DNA of 64,000 bases from Candidatus Taenariivivens baikalensis. Its GTDB lineage: Bacteria > Omnitrophota > Omnitrophia > Omnitrophales > Aquincolibacteriaceae. The position numbers and the translations under genes are program-made. Below the pieces are notes generated by a model. The model was not told the DNA's origin. It searched no databases and saw only the letters and a program-made list of their open reading frames with translations. The stretch spans positions 2,446-66,445 of the forward strand of contig SICL01000005.1 in NCBI GenBank assembly GCA_009691445.1. The letters are read 5' to 3'. This document shows, piece after piece, positions 8,579 to 20,393 of the stretch; the first letter of the stretch is position 1, and every line of letters starts with the position of its first letter.

Positions 8579-10000
8579 ATGACTCCAACCTATTTACCGG
8601 ACCCGACTGAAGCGGAAGAAATATCTCTTGAGATGCCGAGAAGGCACAAAAAACATTTTCATGACGGGTTGCCCAAGGACACTGCCCTTGAACTCCCGAA
8701 TCCGTTTGACCTGAGCCATGAATTTCTCCGCTACTTTCAGGAGATTGAAGAAAAGGGGAATCATGTTTATGTTACGGGACGGGCGGGAACTGGGAAATCC
8801 ACATTCCTTAAATATTTCCGCCTGAACACCAAGAAAAAAATTGCGGTTGTCGCACCCACGGGCATTGCCGCCATTAATGTTTCGGGCCAGACCGTGCATT
8901 CTTTTTTCCGGCTTCCGCATCAATTCATCCAGAAGGATCAAATTAAGAAAGTTCCGGGCAGCCGCCGTATCTTTTCCGAGCTTGAGACGCTGATTATTGA
9001 TGAAGTCTCGATGATGCGTGCGGATTTGATGGACGCGGTGGATTACAGCCTGCGCCTCAACAAGGGAAAGATGAATCTGCCCTTCGGCGGCGTTCAAATT
9101 GTACTGATTGGAGATTTATTCCAGCTCCCTCCGATTATTGACAAGCTCTTGGCTCCGCACTACGGGGAGTTTTATGAAACACCGTATTTTTTCAGCGCCC
9201 ATATATTTAAGGAGGCCTCGTTTTCTCATCTCCATTTTGATAAAGTCTACCGTCAGAAGGATCCCATTTTTATGGATCTTTTGAATAAAATTCGGGATAA
9301 GACTTTCGAGCTGGAGGATCTTGCCGCCTTAAACGAGCGGGTGCTGCCGGCCTCGGAGATCGAGGACTGCGTGACATTGACGCCGACCAATGCGGCCGCT
9401 CAGACGATGAATGAGTCTCGGCTTTCTCGTCTTCGGGGATCCGAGCATTTTTATGAAGCCACCTTGACGGGTGCTTTTGACGCGGCGTCTTATCCCACGG
9501 AAACTTCCCTGCGTCTTAAAGTGGGTGCGCACGTACTGATGATCAAGAATGATCCGGAAAAAAGGTGGGTGAACGGGAGCACCGGGGAAGTTGTCTCTTT
9601 GGATGAACAGGCCATCCAGGTGAAGATTGGAGATCAGAAATACGATGTGGAGCCCGTGACCTGGGAAAAAATAAAATATAGTTTTGATGAGGAGACAGAA
9701 ACGATCCGTGAAGAAGTGGTTGGCAGTTTTGAGCAGTTCCCGATGAAACTGGCTTGGGCAATTACGATTCATAAAAGCCAGGGCCTGACCTTTGACCGTG
9801 TGGCAGTGGATCTAGGGCGAGGCGCGTTTACGCACGGCCAGGTTTATGTCGCGCTGAGCCGCTGCCGGTCGCTCGAAGGACTTATTTTAAAACGGCCGAT
9901 CCTGGCGCGGGATGTCATTTTCGATTCACGGATCAGTGATTGGCCGCTAAATGAAAAAAAAGAATCCCTCATCCTAAGGGCAGCGGAGGATCTATTCTGA
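8579..10000 (+). CDS. PIF1-family SF1B DNA helicase
   Basis: TGRAGTGKST, DEVSM, GDLFQLPP, TIHKSQG and GQVYVALSR motifs. Confidence 0.92.
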   Translation: MTPTYLPDPTEAEEISLEMPRRHKKHFHDGLPKDTALELPNPFDLSHEFLRYFQEIEEKGNHVYVTGRAGTGKSTFLKYFRLNTKKKIAVVAPTGIAAINVSGQTVHSFFRLPHQFIQKDQIKKVPGSRRIFSELETLIIDEVSMMRADLMDAVDYSLRLNKGKMNLPFGGVQIVLIGDLFQLPPIIDKLLAPHYGEFYETPYFFSAHIFKEASFSHLHFDKVYRQKDPIFMDLLNKIRDKTFELEDLAALNERVLPASEIEDCVTLTPTNAAAQTMNESRLSRLRGSEHFYEATLTGAFDAASYPTETSLRLKVGAHVLMIKNDPEKRWVNGSTGEVVSLDEQAIQVKIGDQKYDVEPVTWEKIKYSFDEETETIREEVVGSFEQFPMKLAWAITIHKSQGLTFDRVAVDLGRGAFTHGQVYVALSRCRSLEGLILKRPILARDVIFDSRISDWPLNEKKESLILRAAEDLF

Positions 10001-10068
10001 GATCATTCCCTTTGTCCAGGATGACCAGACTAGAAGTGGTTTCATAAGGCGTCACAACTCTATTATTT

Positions 10069-10150
10069 GTCATTGCGAGCAAAGCGAAGCAATCTCGGGT
10101 TACGCGCAGGGATTGCCGTATCTCCGCCAGGGCGAGGGACTCGCAATGAC
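10069..10150. repeat. REP-like palindrome, family A (GTCATTGCGAG...CTCGCAATGAC)
   Basis: Terminal inverted repeats with an inner GCAATC/GATTGC stem; at least 9 related loci in the window. Confidence 0.85.
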
Positions 10151-10200
10151 CGAAAAGGGCTTAAAAAACCGCTTCTAATGACAATTAAGATTGGAACTCT

Positions 10201-10974
10201 ATGAAAATAAAAAATGATTTGGTAGCGCTGGATATTGAAACCACAGGCGTTTGGGTGGAAAAAGATAAAATTATTGAATTAGCACTGATTAAATACCACC
10301 CCAACGGCGAGAAAGAGACCTTCCATAGAAGGATTAATCCCGGGATGCTGATTCCTGAGGTGGTGACGAAATTAACGGGAATTTCAGATCAAGATGTGAA
10401 AGACGCACCTTACTTTAAAGAGGTGACGCGGGGCATCCTTGATTTTATTGGTGATGCGGATCTGGCCGGATTTAATATTGAGCGTTTTGATCTCCCTTTG
10501 CTCGAACGAGAGTTTGCGGAGGCCGGGATTCATTTTGAATGGAAAGAGCGGAGGATTTACGACGCACAAAAAGTTTATCATCTGAATGAAAAAAGAGATT
10601 TAGCCGCTGCTTATCAATTCTACTGTCAGAAGGAACTTATCGGTGCGCATTCAGCTTTGGCGGACAGTGAAGCGGTTTATGAGATCCTGAAAAAGCAGAT
10701 CGTGAAATACGGAGAGGGAAGTGATGAGCTTTCGGTGCTGGAAAAATTTGAGTATGTGAACCACACGGATTTTTGTGATTCAGAGAAACGGTTTTGCTGG
10801 TGGAACGGCAAGGTGTATCCCGCGTTTGGCAAATACCGCCGGCAGCTTCCTCTTGATGAAATTGCAAAACGGGACGCGGGCTATCTCAAATGGCTTTTGA
10901 AATCCGACTTTAAGGATGATGCGAAGGAATTACTTCAAGCTGCTTTGGACGGAGAACTCCCTGCTCGGAAATAG
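10201..10974 (+). CDS. 3'-5' exonuclease, DnaQ/DEDDh family
   Basis: ALDIETTG, GFNIERFDLP and AHSALADS motifs; C-terminal FGKY/YLKW extension. Confidence 0.92.
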   Translation: MKIKNDLVALDIETTGVWVEKDKIIELALIKYHPNGEKETFHRRINPGMLIPEVVTKLTGISDQDVKDAPYFKEVTRGILDFIGDADLAGFNIERFDLPLLEREFAEAGIHFEWKERRIYDAQKVYHLNEKRDLAAAYQFYCQKELIGAHSALADSEAVYEILKKQIVKYGEGSDELSVLEKFEYVNHTDFCDSEKRFCWWNGKVYPAFGKYRRQLPLDEIAKRDAGYLKWLLKSDFKDDAKELLQAALDGELPARK

Positions 10975-11023
10975 CTGATAAAGCACTTGATCCGTACCCG
11001 AATAATTCAAGGAAAATATTACC

Positions 11024-11278
11024 ATGTCGGACATCACTAAACCTATGATTAAGAAAAAAGAATTCGGTGTGCAGCCGCTTGATGAATGGATGACGCGCTT
11101 TGCGCTTTCCAATCATGACTTGGTGGGGGCTTCTACAGAACAGCTCACTCATAAAATGGTGAGTAAAGGGAGAAAAGGAAGGCGCCTGACATTGAATGCC
11201 CGCCACAAAATCTTAGCGGCGCTTAAAGTGTTAAAGCCAGATCAGCCCGTTACTCTCAAAGAATTATTTAACTATTAA
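11024..11278 (+). CDS. Conserved small basic hypothetical protein (possibly HTH-like)
   Basis: Good RBS, 84 aa, NHDLV..STEQLTHKMVSKGRKGRRLT...LFNY. Confidence 0.7.
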   Translation: MSDITKPMIKKKEFGVQPLDEWMTRFALSNHDLVGASTEQLTHKMVSKGRKGRRLTLNARHKILAALKVLKPDQPVTLKELFNY

Positions 11279-11301
11279 CGTGAGTTTCTCAAATATTGAC
11301 C

Positions 11302-11422
11302 GTCATTGCGGGTCCCGCGCATTGGCGGAGACGCCCCAATCTCCCAGTGAATAACCCGAGATTGCTTCCCCCTCTATCAATGAGTGCGAATGAGGGATTG
11401 CTTCACCGCGGTTCGCAATGAC
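11302..11422. repeat. REP-like palindrome, family A
   Basis: GTCATTGCG...TTCGCAATGAC ends. Confidence 0.8.
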
Positions 11423-11503
11423 GACAAAAGGTGGCGAGTTTTCTTCGCTGAGGCTTGTAAAAAAGGTTCTGTTCTGAGTTGTTAGTGACTGACTTAATGT
11501 GAA

Positions 11504-12118
11504 ATGATGAAAATAAGAACGGTTAGTTTATTTTTTTTACTGACAACTTTGATGTTGATGCAATCGGGTGAGATAAAAGCGATGAACGAATCTTATCAAA
11601 AAGCAACCTTTGCGGGTGGATGTTTCTGGGGGATGGAAAAATATTTTTCCCAATTGGGAGGCATTGTGGGGACACGAGTCGGTTACACGGGTGGGACGGT
11701 AAAAAATCCAAGCTATGAACAGGTTTGTCGGGGAACTACGGGCCATGCCGAGGCCCTGGAAGTGACGTTTAATCCACGGAAGATTCGTTACGAGGATCTG
11801 CTCGAGTTTTTCTTCCGCCATCATGACCCTACGACGTTGGATCGCCAGGGGCCGGACATGGGTACCCAATACCGCTCTGCTATTTTCACGTACTCTTCGG
11901 AGCAGGCAGCGCTGGCTGAAAAGGCCAAGAGCGCTTTGGACGCAGCGGGTATTTTTAAACATCCGATTGTGACGGAGATTCGTCCTGCCTCTGAATTTTA
12001 TTCTGCGGAAGAATATCACCAGAAATATCTTGAGAAAAATCCTCACGGCTACTGCTCTCTTCAGGTTCAGTCTAAGCGGATTGGCGAAATTCTTCACGGG
12101 TTGTGGGGCAAACCGTGA
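11504..12118 (+). CDS. msrA: Peptide-methionine (S)-S-oxide reductase, possibly with a signal peptide
   Basis: FAGGCFWG, TGHAE, HDPT..DRQG.D.GTQYRS and AEEYHQKY motifs. Confidence 0.97.
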   Translation: MMKIRTVSLFFLLTTLMLMQSGEIKAMNESYQKATFAGGCFWGMEKYFSQLGGIVGTRVGYTGGTVKNPSYEQVCRGTTGHAEALEVTFNPRKIRYEDLLEFFFRHHDPTTLDRQGPDMGTQYRSAIFTYSSEQAALAEKAKSALDAAGIFKHPIVTEIRPASEFYSAEEYHQKYLEKNPHGYCSLQVQSKRIGEILHGLWGKP

Positions 12119-12882
12119 TGGGTCAAAAGCGTTCAACAGCTTTGGAAATCAAAGTCCGGGTGATCATCAGTTCCCTTGCGGTTGCGGCGATGGGGGTTGC
12201 GATTCTTCTGGCGGTGCTGTTTTCGGTGCCCTTTCCTTTGGTCCGGAAAGTATGGATTGAAGAGATGTGGGGTTACTACGGGCTCATGAACAGCATTTGT
12301 TTTTTCCTGATTGCCCGAGGGATGTGGCGGATGCATGCAAGCGCTCCTTTTGCCGGACTGGGTATTTTAATTCACGAGCAAATTCTCACCTGGCGTGGTT
12401 TTTCATATCTTCAAGCTCATTTGATGCTGAACTCCCAATCCGTTTTATTTGTGGGGTTGTCCTTTTTGATCACCGGAGGGCTTGGTTTCATTTTTATCCG
12501 GGCAATCTGCCACATTTTTGCTTACCGGCAATTTAAACATGGGCATGACAAATCCCACACAACGGGATCTCCCTCCCGTGATTTTGGCGGTGTGATTTTT
12601 TTTAGCGCCTTGCTCGTTCTCTCTTGGGTTGCGCATGATTCGGTGGGATCCATTATGCATTTTAAGGTAAACGTGGCATATTCGTGTCTTCGTATTTTGG
12701 GCGGGTTCCTTTTTTTTGCAACATTCCTGGCTATCGGTTATGAAGTGGATCTGTTCTTCAAACAGGGAAGATGGAATTCAGCCGCAACCCTTCGCCTCGT
12801 CGGATATGGATTAATGCTCGTTGTGGTTCAGTTTTTTATTTATAGTCACATGCCGATTGAGGCAGTGATTCTTACGTTTTAA
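12118..12882 (+). CDS. Hypothetical integral membrane protein
   Basis: About 7-8 hydrophobic segments; start overlaps the msrA stop (TGATG). Confidence 0.65.
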   Translation: MGQKRSTALEIKVRVIISSLAVAAMGVAILLAVLFSVPFPLVRKVWIEEMWGYYGLMNSICFFLIARGMWRMHASAPFAGLGILIHEQILTWRGFSYLQAHLMLNSQSVLFVGLSFLITGGLGFIFIRAICHIFAYRQFKHGHDKSHTTGSPSRDFGGVIFFSALLVLSWVAHDSVGSIMHFKVNVAYSCLRILGGFLFFATFLAIGYEVDLFFKQGRWNSAATLRLVGYGLMLVVVQFFIYSHMPIEAVILTF

Positions 12883-12904
12883 TTGAAAGAAGGAAGACAT
12901 TTCA

Positions 12905-13318
12905 GTGGTTTCATTTCCGCTCTCTCCTCAAAAACAAAGTGCGCTTGAAAAAGCCATGGAACGCTTAGGCGTCCGGGAATCTGATCTGGAAGAAAGTTTT
13001 GTGCGCTCGGGAGGCCCGGGCGGACAAAACGTGAACAAAGTTTCAACGTGTGTGGTCTTAAAACATCGGCCCACCGGGCTTATGGTCAAATGCCAAAAAG
13101 ACCGTTCCCAGGTTATGAATCGGTATTATGCGAGGCAGATGCTGGTTCAAAAGTTTGATGCCCAGCTGCGCGGCCGCGAGAGCGATGAGGCAAAGAGGAT
13201 TTCGAAAATCAGGCGTCAAAAACGCAAGCGGTCCAAACGTGCCAAAGATAAGATGCTCCAAGGCAAGGCGTATCGGGGCGAAAAAAAACAGCTTCGGGGA
13301 AAAATTTTCCCTGAATAA
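12905..13318 (+). CDS. Release-factor-like GGQ peptidyl-tRNA hydrolase (ArfB/C12orf65-like)
   Basis: [14 protein letters not shown] and CQ..RSQ..NR motifs; basic C-terminal tail. Confidence 0.9.
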   Translation: MVSFPLSPQKQSALEKAMERLGVRESDLEESFVRSGGPGGQNVNKVSTCVVLKHRPTGLMVKCQKDRSQVMNRYYARQMLVQKFDAQLRGRESDEAKRISKIRRQKRKRSKRAKDKMLQGKAYRGEKKQLRGKIFPE

Positions 13319-13395
13319 ACCTGCTCGGAGTGGTAGAATGCCCCCAATGCATTCCTGTTCTCCCTCCAAGATTTAAAAAACAAGAAAGGATCGTC

Positions 13396-13677
13396 ATGGC
13401 AAAGGCAAAAGCGCGTCATATCCTCGTGAAGGATGAGAAAGCCTGTATTAATTTGAAGCAGCAGATCGAAACCGGTTCTGATTTTTCGGAACTTGCCAAG
13501 AAGCATTCGCTTTGTCCGTCCGGGCAAAAGGGCGGGGACTTAGGCGAATTCTTCCGCGGTCAAATGGTCAAAGAGTTTGACGACATTGTTTTCTCCCAGG
13601 AAGTAGGGAAGACGCACGGCCCGGTCAAAACGCAGTTTGGTTACCATTTGATTTTGATCGACAGCCGCAAAGATTAA
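13396..13677 (+). CDS. ppiC: Parvulin-type peptidylprolyl isomerase
   Basis: [24 protein letters not shown] and TQFGYHLI motifs; RBS AAAGGA before ATG 13396. Confidence 0.95.
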   Translation: MAKAKARHILVKDEKACINLKQQIETGSDFSELAKKHSLCPSGQKGGDLGEFFRGQMVKEFDDIVFSQEVGKTHGPVKTQFGYHLILIDSRKD

Positions 13678-13809
13678 ATGACCAAGAAACAAGATACAAG
13701 AAACAAAGAATGACCAAGTGTTCAAGAGACAAGAAACAAACGTTTGGAGTTTGTTCTTTGCCTTTTGATCATTTGTTTGGACACTTGTTTCTTGTATCTT
13801 GGTAATTTG
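13677..13809. repeat. Heptamer-periodic inverted-repeat element, family B
   Basis: ACCAAGA-AACAAGA-TACAAGA ... CTTGTTT-CTTGTAT-CTTGGT; four homologous copies in the window. Confidence 0.85.
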
Positions 13810-13813
13810 ATTT

Positions 13814-14386
13814 ATGATTTTGGCTTTTAACAAACCGTACGGAGTGCTCTCCCAGTTTAATCCTCAAGTGGCGGGACAGCGGACGCTGGACGAATTTAAA
13901 TTTCCAAAAAATGTTTATCCCATCGGCCGGCTGGATATGGACAGTGAAGGGCTTTTGCTTTTGAGTGATGAAGGCCAGTGGAGCGATCTGCTTCTTCATC
14001 CGCGTCATGGCCATGAGAGAACTTATCATGTCCAGGTGGAGGGGGAAATCGAAGAAGCCGCGCTTATCGAACTCAGAAAAGGCGTGGCCATTCAGGACTG
14101 GAAAACAAGACCGTGTCAGGTCAGCCGCCTTTCCAGCGTGAATTATTCGGAGCGAAATCCGCCGATCCGGTTTCGTAAGTCTATTCCGACAAGCTGGATG
14201 GAACTGAAATTAATCGAAGGCAAGAACCGTCAGGTGAGACGCATGACGGCGGCTGTGGGATTCCCGACTCTGCGCTTGATTCGTGTGGCCTCCGGTAGTT
14301 TGAAGCTGGGAGACCTTGAGCCGGGAACATGGTGTGCTTTAAGTACAGAGCAAATCCGCATGTTGCTTCAAAAACCCAGAAAGTAA
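13814..14386 (+). CDS. rluE: Pseudouridine synthase, RsuA/RluE family
   Basis: FNKPYGVLSQF, GRLDMDSEGLLLL, RNPPIRFRKSIPTSW and EGKNRQVRRMTAAVG motifs. Confidence 0.9.
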   Translation: MILAFNKPYGVLSQFNPQVAGQRTLDEFKFPKNVYPIGRLDMDSEGLLLLSDEGQWSDLLLHPRHGHERTYHVQVEGEIEEAALIELRKGVAIQDWKTRPCQVSRLSSVNYSERNPPIRFRKSIPTSWMELKLIEGKNRQVRRMTAAVGFPTLRLIRVASGSLKLGDLEPGTWCALSTEQIRMLLQKPRK

Positions 14387-14400
14387 ACGACCAATTATTT

Positions 14401-15429
14401 ATGAGAAATTTTGACAGCCGCGATAATCACCGTCACTCCAATCATCGTCCTGATCCTCGGCGTTCGGGCTACTCGAACCGTCCCAATTCTCAAAGACCTC
14501 CGTACGGCAGAGGATCTTCACGCCCTCCTCACGGATCCTCTCATCACGCGGGTTCACGGAATATCGATGAAACGGAATCCCGTTTTTATGAAGGGACTGT
14601 GATTGATCCTTCCCCGCGTATTCGCCTTGAGGATGGTTCCAGTGAACTTACGATGCGCGCCATGGATCTGATTTGTCCGATCGGGATGGGACAGAGAGGA
14701 CTGATTGTGGCGCCTCCGGGTTCGGGCAAGACCACATTCCTCAAACATATTTGTCAGGCCGTGGCTAAGAGTCACCCGGAAATGAAACTCTACTGTTTGC
14801 TCATTGATGAAAGACCGGAGGAAGTAACCGATTTCAAGCGCAGTGTGACCGCGGAAGTGCGCGCGTCCTCGTCCGATCAAACTTATGAGCATCATATTCA
14901 GACCGCCAATGATTTGATGCGCCAGGCCTTTCGCGAAGTTTCAGCCGGAGCCAATGTGATGGTGGTAATTGATTCCCTGACGCGTCTTTCCCGGGTTCAT
15001 AATGCGGACCGCTCCAGCGGAAGAACGATGTCTGGCGGCGTCGATGCACGTGCGCTTGAAGTGCCGCGCCGTATTTTCGGGTCAGCACGTAAGATTGAAA
15101 ACGGCGGATCACTTTCAATCCTTGCCACTATTCTCGTTGAGACGGGCAGCCGGATGGATGATGTGATCTTTGAAGAATTTAAAGGAACGGGTAATATGGA
15201 AATTTATTTGTCTCGAGAAATTTCAAGCCGCCGCATTTTTCCGGCCATTGATATTTCAAAAAGCGGGACGCGTAAAGAAGCCCTTCTTTTTGAACCTAAA
15301 GAATACCAACAGGTAAGTGTCTTGCGGCGTGCTCTTGCGGAGTGCGGCAAGGTGGAGGCGGTTACGGCTTTGATTGCCCAGCTTGAAAAGCATCCCACCA
15401 ATCAGGAGCTCCTCGCGGGTTTTGATTAG
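14401..15429 (+). CDS. rho: Transcription termination factor Rho, short form lacking the N-terminal RNA-binding domain
   Basis: [44 protein letters not shown] and [11 protein letters not shown] motifs; preceded by only ~60 low-complexity residues. Confidence 0.9.
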   Translation: MRNFDSRDNHRHSNHRPDPRRSGYSNRPNSQRPPYGRGSSRPPHGSSHHAGSRNIDETESRFYEGTVIDPSPRIRLEDGSSELTMRAMDLICPIGMGQRGLIVAPPGSGKTTFLKHICQAVAKSHPEMKLYCLLIDERPEEVTDFKRSVTAEVRASSSDQTYEHHIQTANDLMRQAFREVSAGANVMVVIDSLTRLSRVHNADRSSGRTMSGGVDARALEVPRRIFGSARKIENGGSLSILATILVETGSRMDDVIFEEFKGTGNMEIYLSREISSRRIFPAIDISKSGTRKEALLFEPKEYQQVSVLRRALAECGKVEAVTALIAQLEKHPTNQELLAGFD

Positions 15430-15481
15430 CTTGTAAGCGCCTAGAAAAGAGGGCACAGGCAACCTATCCGGTTGTAAACCT

Positions 15482-15554
15482 GTCATTGCGAGTCATTCGC
15501 TTGTCATTCTGAGCGAAGCGAAGAATCTCAGGATAAACTCCGCGAAGCAATCTC
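15482..15554. repeat. REP-like element, family A (partial, composite)
   Basis: GTCATTGCGAG...GTCATTCTGAGCGAAGCGAAGAATCTC...GAAGCAATCTC between convergent genes. Confidence 0.75.
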
Positions 15555-15564
15555 TGTCTCTTTT

Positions 15565-16821
15565 TTATTCCCGCTCAAGCGTTTCCCGATTAAACCGCAA
15601 GCGACGTAATTCAGGCGCAAGTAAAGTCGTCAAAGCCACAATACCGAGCGTTACGACTCCGCCTGCGGCGACGCAGGGAACTGTCCCGATCCAGGCCGCC
15701 ACCATCCCGCTTTCAAAGGTGCCGAGTTCATTGGAAGCGCAGATAAAGATCCAGCTCGCCGCCGCAATTCTTCCGCGTAAGTCATCGGGTGAGAGAAGCC
15801 GGACCATCGAGCGGCGGATAATCATGCTGACTCCGTCAAAAACTCCGCTAAAAAATAAAGCCGTTATTGAGAGCCAGAAATTTTTTGAAAAGGCAAACAG
15901 GAGAAAGCTGATTCCAAATCCAAACACAGTTAGAAGCAGATTGCGGCCGGCCTTGGCAATCGGAGGATGACGCGTGGCAGTGAGGGAGATGATCAGAGCA
16001 CCGAGCGAGGGTGCTGCGTTCAGCAGTCCCAGGCCTTTAGCGCCGACGTGAAGAATATCTTCTGCGTAAATGGGCAGGAGCGCGATGGCGCCTCCAAAAA
16101 GGACGGCAAATAAGTCGAGACTCAAAGCGGCCAGAAGCGGCTGGTTTTTGAAAACAAATTTCCATCCCGCGACAATGCTTTTCATCAGGGGCTCTTTTTT
16201 TTGGGGATGGGTTTGGGGTTTGGGGGTGATCAAAGCGGTGCAGATCCAGGCAAGTACAAAACAGGCGCTGATAAAAATATAGGAATTCGCCGCTCCCCAC
16301 GCATCAAAAATAAAACCGATGAGGGCCGGGCCCAGGACTGAACAGCTGATCCAGGTACTGCTGATCCACGAGGCACCGCTGACGGTCAAAGGTTTCGGGA
16401 TCACCTGGGCTTCAAACGCAGTGCTGGCAGGATCCGCAAATCCACGGGCAACTCCAGCGAGGAAAACCACGGCATAAAGTCCGAGGAGTGAGCTTTGATG
16501 AGTTTGCCAGGAGAGACAGGCCAAGGCAATGCCGCAAACACACGAGGCAGCGCGAGTGATCAAAAGAATTTTTCGGCGGTTGTAATGATCGGCGACGTAA
16601 CCGCCGAATAAAACGAGTGAAATCGCAGGAATGGCTTCTACCAATCCCAGCCAGCCGATCATCATAGGGTTGTGCGTGATTTTGTAGACCTGAAAACCAA
16701 TCACGACATTGAGCGCGCGGCTTGCAAGCGAAAAAAAACCCACCGACCCAATAAAAAAACGGACATCTGGTATTTTTAGAGCTTCGTGAAAAGGTCGTTT
16801 TCCCGGCGGAAGTGTTTCCAT
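15565..16821 (-). CDS. MFS transporter (DHA3/EntS-like)
   Basis: GGYVADHYNRRKI, LDLFAVLFGGA and SNELGTFESG motifs; 12 TM. Confidence 0.88.
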   Translation of the reverse strand: METLPPGKRPFHEALKIPDVRFFIGSVGFFSLASRALNVVIGFQVYKITHNPMMIGWLGLVEAIPAISLVLFGGYVADHYNRRKILLITRAASCVCGIALACLSWQTHQSSLLGLYAVVFLAGVARGFADPASTAFEAQVIPKPLTVSGASWISSTWISCSVLGPALIGFIFDAWGAANSYIFISACFVLAWICTALITPKPQTHPQKKEPLMKSIVAGWKFVFKNQPLLAALSLDLFAVLFGGAIALLPIYAEDILHVGAKGLGLLNAAPSLGALIISLTATRHPPIAKAGRNLLLTVFGFGISFLLFAFSKNFWLSITALFFSGVFDGVSMIIRRSMVRLLSPDDLRGRIAAASWIFICASNELGTFESGMVAAWIGTVPCVAAGGVVTLGIVALTTLLAPELRRLRFNRETLERE

Positions 16822-16851
16822 AAGCGGCTTATCTGCTTTCTGGTGCCGTAA

Positions 16852-17178
16852 TCATGACTGTTCCGGCTTCGAGAGATCCAGAGGCGCGGTTTTTGTTGCT
16901 ACTGGTTCCTCGGTGGATTCTGAACTTTTATCCGCGGATGATTCTTCGGGAATAGCGACCGGGGAGCTTGCCTTGGTTTCTGTTCCGGTCACATAGGTCC
17001 CCGGGAAGAAGACGTCGTCGGTATCAGTCTTTTTCCCAGTTACCACGAGGGGAGTCGTGCAGTGCTTAACGCTGTTGTCCCAGGCTTGTCCATCCGGGCA
17101 AGGATGGTCATTCGCCCAGGCTTGTCCCGGCAATCCTATTGCCGTGAGGACTAAAAATACTGCCATGATTTTTTTCAC
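16852..17178 (-). CDS. Secreted hypothetical protein
   Basis: RBS AGGAGG with GTG start, signal peptide ending AWA, CPDGQAWD...C motif. Confidence 0.7.
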   Translation of the reverse strand: MKKIMAVFLVLTAIGLPGQAWANDHPCPDGQAWDNSVKHCTTPLVVTGKKTDTDDVFFPGTYVTGTETKASSPVAIPEESSADKSSESTEEPVATKTAPLDLSKPEQS

Positions 17179-17261
17179 AAGGCCCTCCTGATTGAGTTTT
17201 ATTCACTCGGAAGTTCGAATTATAATCCCATCAACTGCTTTCTGCTACGTGAGATTACCGT

Positions 17262-19460
<2,199 letters not shown>

Positions 19461-19586
19461 GAACGGAATCATACCATAAAATAATATGCTGTTTGGGTGA
19501 CCTAAGCATTTCAAAAGTCGATCGCTCCAGGGGGTTGACAGGCTATCCACATCGATTAATCCGCGTTATGTTATAATCCGTGTCCT

Positions 19587-19805
19587 ATGGAAACCCGAGC
19601 ACGAAGTTTTGCCAAAGCATTAAGCTGGCGTTTTCTGGCTACTTTTATTACTGCATTCATTGTCTGGGGTTTGACGGGTGAAGCCAAGTTCGGGCTGACG
19701 GTCGGGCTCATTGATACCAGCGTCAAACTTTTCATCTACTTTATTCACGAACGGGTTTGGCTGCGTATTTCCTTTGGAAAAAAGAAACAGGATTTCGAGA
19801 TTTAA
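19587..19805 (+). CDS. DUF2061 domain membrane protein
   Basis: RSFAKALSWR...K..IYFIHERVW. Confidence 0.88.
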   Translation: METRARSFAKALSWRFLATFITAFIVWGLTGEAKFGLTVGLIDTSVKLFIYFIHERVWLRISFGKKKQDFEI

Positions 19806-19826
19806 GAAGTCTGGGAAGGCTGCGAC

Positions 19827-20312
19827 TTGCTTGAAATTTATGTCGACGCAGATGCGTGTCCGGTGAAACAGGAAGTGATTCGAGTCGCGAAGCGGCATTT
19901 CTTGAACGTGACGTTTGTTTCGAATTCACCGATGCGAATTCCAGATTCGGAAGGAACGAAGCAGGTGGTGGTGGAAAGCCGTCAGCTGGATGCGGTGGAT
20001 GACTGGATTGCGGAGCATGTTTCCAAGGATGATATTGTGATTACCGCCGATATTCCATTGGCTTATCGCGGTGTCAAGGCGGGCGCTCAGGCGCTGAGTC
20101 CTTCCGGGGAAATTTTCACCGAAGATAATATTGGCCAGCTTCTGGCAGTGCGGGATCTTATGTCTTCCCTCCGTGACACAGGCACCGTAATGGGAGGCGG
20201 CCCTCCACCGTTTCAAAAACAAGATCGTTCCCGATTCCTTCACAGTCTTGACCAAATCATTCAGAATCTCAAAAGGCGTCAGCTCCTTAAGCCGGGAGAC
20301 AGTGGGCAGTAA
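19827..20312 (+). CDS. YaiI/YqxD (DUF188) family protein
   Basis: IYVDADACPVK, DDWI, DIVITADIPLA and GGPPPF motifs. Confidence 0.92.
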   Translation: MLEIYVDADACPVKQEVIRVAKRHFLNVTFVSNSPMRIPDSEGTKQVVVESRQLDAVDDWIAEHVSKDDIVITADIPLAYRGVKAGAQALSPSGEIFTEDNIGQLLAVRDLMSSLRDTGTVMGGGPPPFQKQDRSRFLHSLDQIIQNLKRRQLLKPGDSGQ

Positions 20313-20393
20313 AAGGAGTAAGCACAGAAGCGTTGAGACTAGCAGGTTATTTTTAATCTAGATAAAGTTGGGATTGACCGCTATCATATTCGC

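Noticed and set aside
14329-14400. Upstream extension of rho given in the ORF track
   Set aside because: It overlaps the rluE 3' end and shows no Rho N-terminal similarity; ATG 14401 is more plausible, and the extension would not restore the missing domain.
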